Of a stretch of DNA of 37,695 nucleotides, positions 34,623 to 37,695 are shown one piece after another. The position numbers and the translations under genes were made by a program. The notes beneath the pieces are model-generated. The model was not told the DNA's origin and made no database searches. It was given only the letters and a program-made list of their open reading frames with translations. Source of the stretch: an uncultured Candidatus Saccharibacteria bacterium (GTDB lineage Bacteria; Patescibacteriota; Minisyncoccia; Phycocordibacterales; UBA1006); NCBI GenBank assembly GCA_964432575.1, contig CAYSOB010000002.1, positions 1 to 37,695 on the forward strand, read 5' to 3'. The stretch's first letter is position 1; every line of letters starts with the position of its first letter.

Positions 34623-34979
34623 ATGAAAAAAATTCTGCATTCAATTCGGAATAAACCAGATCATATAAAATCGCGATATGTGATTTTATTTTCTGTTATT
34701 GCTACTGCATTAATTGTTGGGTTATGGATTATTACATTGCAATTAACAAAAACTTCTGACGATACCATACAAACTGAAAGTCCCGTAAAGGTATTTAAAG
34801 AACTTATAAAAGGAACAACTGCAAATGTTCAGAAAAAAGAATCTCCTGTTCCTGTGGATCAAGGCGACCAGCAGCAAGATGAATCGCGCGCTATTATTGA
34901 TGATACAAATACAGCTGCTCAAATTGAAACCACTTCTGATGTTCCTGTTTTACCAACATCAGTCGCAGAACAAAATTAA
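34623..34979 (+). CDS. hypothetical membrane-anchored protein
   Basis: 118 aa with one TM helix (YVILFSVIATALIVGLWIITL) and an acidic/Q-rich tail. Confidence 0.45.
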   Translation: MKKILHSIRNKPDHIKSRYVILFSVIATALIVGLWIITLQLTKTSDDTIQTESPVKVFKELIKGTTANVQKKESPVPVDQGDQQQDESRAIIDDTNTAAQIETTSDVPVLPTSVAEQN

Positions 34980-35059
34980 TCAAAAAACTCTTTTAAAAGA
35001 AGGGTTTTTTTGATAGAAATTGGGTGATTTTTTTAAAAAAATATGTTATACTTTTTTAT

Positions 35060-37534
35060 ATGGCAAAAAAAATAACTTCAGAATCTATTCCCGAAGAGTC
35101 TCATGAAGAGGGTCGAACTGGTGTAATTCCAATGAATATTTCAACAGAAATGCGCGATTCATTTATCGCGTATTCAATGTCCGTAATCACACAACGTGCA
35201 TTACCTGATATTCGTGACGGATTAAAACCGGTACACCGTCGTATTCTTTATGCAATGAGCGAACTTGGGTTATATTCAACTGCAAAATTTCGTAAATCTG
35301 CATTAGTGGTTGGAGAAGTGCTTGGTAAATATCATCCACACGGAGATAGTTCAGTTTATATGGCAATGGTAAATCTTGCGCAAGATTTTTCTACACGTTA
35401 TCCATTAATTTGGGGACAAGGTAACTTTGGTTCGATTGATGATGATCCACCAGCTGCAATGCGTTATACCGAGGCAAAGATGGCAAAAATATCTGCAGAA
35501 TTATTGCGTGATATTGAAAAAGATACTGTTGATTTTCGTCCGAACTACGATAATTCACAAAAGGAACCAACAGTTATGCCAACAGCTGTGCCTACTCTTT
35601 TGTTAAATGGTTCTTTTGGTATTGCTGTTGGAATGGCGACAAAAATTCCACCTCACAATCTTGGTGAAGTAGTTGACGCAGCTGTTGCGTATATTGACGA
35701 TAAAAATATTACAACCGAAGAGTTGTTAGAATATATTAAAGGTCCAGATTTTCCAATCGGAGGAATTGTATATGGACAATCTGATATTACACACGCCTAT
35801 ACAACAGGTCGTGGAGGTGTTGTATGTCGCGGTGAAGCCGAAATTGTAGAACTTAAAAACGGATCATTTCAAATCATTATTACTTCAATTCCATATCAAA
35901 CAGTTAAGCAGTCATTGATTGAAAAAATTGCGAACTTGGTACAAGAGAAAAAGCTGATTGGCATCAAGGCTCTTCGTGATGAATCAACAAAGGAAATGCG
36001 CATTGTGATGGATTTGAAATCCGGAACAAATCCACAAAAAACATTAAACTATATTTACAAGCATACAGAACTTGAATCACGATTCAACTACAATATGCTT
36101 GCATTGGTTGATGGATCGCCACAAACGCTTTCGCTAAAAGATTTTATCAGTAACTTCATCAGTCACCGACAAGAGGTGGTGAAACGAAGAACAATTTTTG
36201 ATTTAAACAAAGCAGAGGCACGCGCACATATTTTGGAAGGTTTGAAAATTGCACTGGATCATATTGATGAGGTAATTAAAATTATCAAAGCATCAAAAGA
36301 CACTTCTGATGCTCGTGATAATTTAATGAAGAAATTCAAATTCTCAGAAATTCAGGCAAATGCAATTTTGGATATGAAATTGCAAAAACTTGCAGGTTTG
36401 GAACGCAAAAAGGTAGAAGAGGAACTTGCTGAAGTTTTGAAATTAATTGCTTTCCTGAAAGACTTACTTGCCAGCGAAAAGAAAATGCTAAAAGTTATCC
36501 GTGATGAGTTACTTGAAATTAAGGATAAGTACAGTGACGCACGACGTACAAAAATTGTAAAAGCTGCAGTTGGAAATATATCTGATGAAGATTTAGTCCC
36601 CGATACAGAAACAGCATTGGTATATACTGCGGGTGGTTATATTAAACGAACCGACCCATCAGAATATCGTTCTCAAAAACGCGGTGGTGTGGGTGTGGTG
36701 GATATGGATACAAAAGAAGAGGATGTGGTAACTCATTTATTAACTGCCTCGACTCATTCAAATGTATTATTCTTTACCAATCTTGGGAAAGTGTATCAAT
36801 TAAAAATGTATGATTTACCAGAAGGTCGACGTGCAACCCGTGGAAAATCAATCATGAATTTTTTACAACTTGCCGATAATGAATTAGTTACATCTATTTT
36901 ACCAGTTCCAAAAGGAAATGAAGTAAAAGATCAGTCATTATTTTTTGTTACAAAACAGGGTGTTATTAAAAAAGTTGCAGCTGATAGTTTTGCAAGTGTT
37001 CGCCGAAATGGGTTAATTGCTATCAATTTGCGTGACGGTGATACATTACTGGGGGCAATGTTAACAAAAACAGAAGATACGGTAATGTTGGTGACTGCAG
37101 ATGGTCAATCTATTCGATTCAAGGCATCACAGGTTCGCGATATGGGACGAACTGCAACCGGTGTTAAGGGGATGGAATTAGATAAAAATGACGTTATTGT
37201 AGGACTTGGTATTATTTCTGATACCATGAAAAATCCGACCGTAATGATTATGTCTAATAATGGTTATGGTAAACGTACTCCAATTGATGAATATAAGGTT
37301 CAAAATCGTGGAGGTTCTGGAATTAAAACAGCAAACGTAACTGATAAAACAGGTCCGATTATTGGTGCAAAAATTGTTACTGATGATGATTCAGAGTTAA
37401 TTGCAATTTCACAAAAATCACAAGTAATCCGTACAGAATTGGATAGTATCCCAGTATTGGGACGTGCCACCCAGGGTGTTCGTATTATGAAACTACGAGA
37501 TGGTGATAATATTGCAAGTCTGACATTGCTATAG
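35060..37534 (+). CDS. gyrA: DNA gyrase subunit A
   Basis: Catalytic Tyr context AAMRYTE, QRDR-like HPHGDSSVY, and C-terminal beta-pinwheel with GyrA-box-like QKRGGVG. Start re-called to ATG 35060 (MAKKITS...), 7 nt after TATACT (35047-35052). The track start at 35024 is a GTG upstream of that box. Confidence 0.95.
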   Translation: MAKKITSESIPEESHEEGRTGVIPMNISTEMRDSFIAYSMSVITQRALPDIRDGLKPVHRRILYAMSELGLYSTAKFRKSALVVGEVLGKYHPHGDSSVYMAMVNLAQDFSTRYPLIWGQGNFGSIDDDPPAAMRYTEAKMAKISAELLRDIEKDTVDFRPNYDNSQKEPTVMPTAVPTLLLNGSFGIAVGMATKIPPHNLGEVVDAAVAYIDDKNITTEELLEYIKGPDFPIGGIVYGQSDITHAYTTGRGGVVCRGEAEIVELKNGSFQIIITSIPYQTVKQSLIEKIANLVQEKKLIGIKALRDESTKEMRIVMDLKSGTNPQKTLNYIYKHTELESRFNYNMLALVDGSPQTLSLKDFISNFISHRQEVVKRRTIFDLNKAEARAHILEGLKIALDHIDEVIKIIKASKDTSDARDNLMKKFKFSEIQANAILDMKLQKLAGLERKKVEEELAEVLKLIAFLKDLLASEKKMLKVIRDELLEIKDKYSDARRTKIVKAAVGNISDEDLVPDTETALVYTAGGYIKRTDPSEYRSQKRGGVGVVDMDTKEEDVVTHLLTASTHSNVLFFTNLGKVYQLKMYDLPEGRRATRGKSIMNFLQLADNELVTSILPVPKGNEVKDQSLFFVTKQGVIKKVAADSFASVRRNGLIAINLRDGDTLLGAMLTKTEDTVMLVTADGQSIRFKASQVRDMGRTATGVKGMELDKNDVIVGLGIISDTMKNPTVMIMSNNGYGKRTPIDEYKVQNRGGSGIKTANVTDKTGPIIGAKIVTDDDSELIAISQKSQVIRTELDSIPVLGRATQGVRIMKLRDGDNIASLTLL

Positions 37535-37540
37535 AAAATA

Positions 37541-37569
37541 AAAAAACCACAATGATGTGGTTTTTTTTA
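37541..37569 (+). terminator. rho-independent terminator after gyrA
   Basis: AAAAAACCACA / ATGA / TGTGGTTTTTTTT hairpin. Confidence 0.7.
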
Positions 37570-37595
37570 TTTGTGTTTTATGGTATTATATACGT

Positions 37596-37695
37596 ATGAT
37601 GAAAATTCTTAACAGTAAAAAATTTTTTTTCACCGCATTTTCCATTCTCTCTGTAGTAGGTTACGGAGTTTTTGTATTTGCTGTTGCACCACCAC
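37596..37695 (+). CDS. 5' fragment of a gene encoding an N-terminal signal/TM segment (runs off the window)
   Basis: ATG 37596 lies 6 nt after TGg-TATTAT (37581-37589). Translation is MMKILNSKKFFFTAFSILSVVGYGVFVFAVAPP... and the frame is open to the window end. Confidence 0.4.
   Translation, partial: MMKILNSKKFFFTAFSILSVVGYGVFVFAVAPP

Overview
AT-rich, gene-dense 37.7-kb chromosomal window with about 40 CDS, 8 tRNAs and a tmRNA. I found no rRNA, CRISPR array, transposase or integrase. The gene content and architecture look like a small-genome Patescibacteria/CPR-type bacterium; this is an inference, not a database result. Housekeeping genes are ftsH, recG, ligA, gatC-gatA, prfB, gyrA, tag and smpB with ssrA. 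A contiguous 11.6-kb type IV pilus block runs pilM-N-O, pilB, pilT, pilC, two pilins, pilD and four minor pilins. It contains no secretin gene and sits back-to-back with comFC. UGA is used as a stop codon, so the standard code applies. The most unusual signals are listed below. (1) A two-gene operon encodes Bacteroidota-style secreted proteins, one carrying a clear T9SS C-terminal sorting domain. This does not fit the outer-membrane-less context suggested by the secretin-less pilus. (2) An extended -10 box lies 6-10 nt before the ATG at about 18 genes, and no Shine-Dalgarno motif appears anywhere, which suggests leaderless mRNAs. (3) The tRNA set is odd: tRNA-Ile(UAU); a tandem Ser pair with one ACU anticodon and one GCU with a broken D-stem; and an initiator tRNA with only 2 of the 3 G:C pairs. 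(4) A promoter-to-U-run structured 87-nt element abuts tRNA-Asp. (5) RF2 is about 75 aa short in domain 1 and has no programmed frameshift. Several track ORF starts were re-called downstream, because the longer versions overlap tRNAs, terminators or neighbouring genes.
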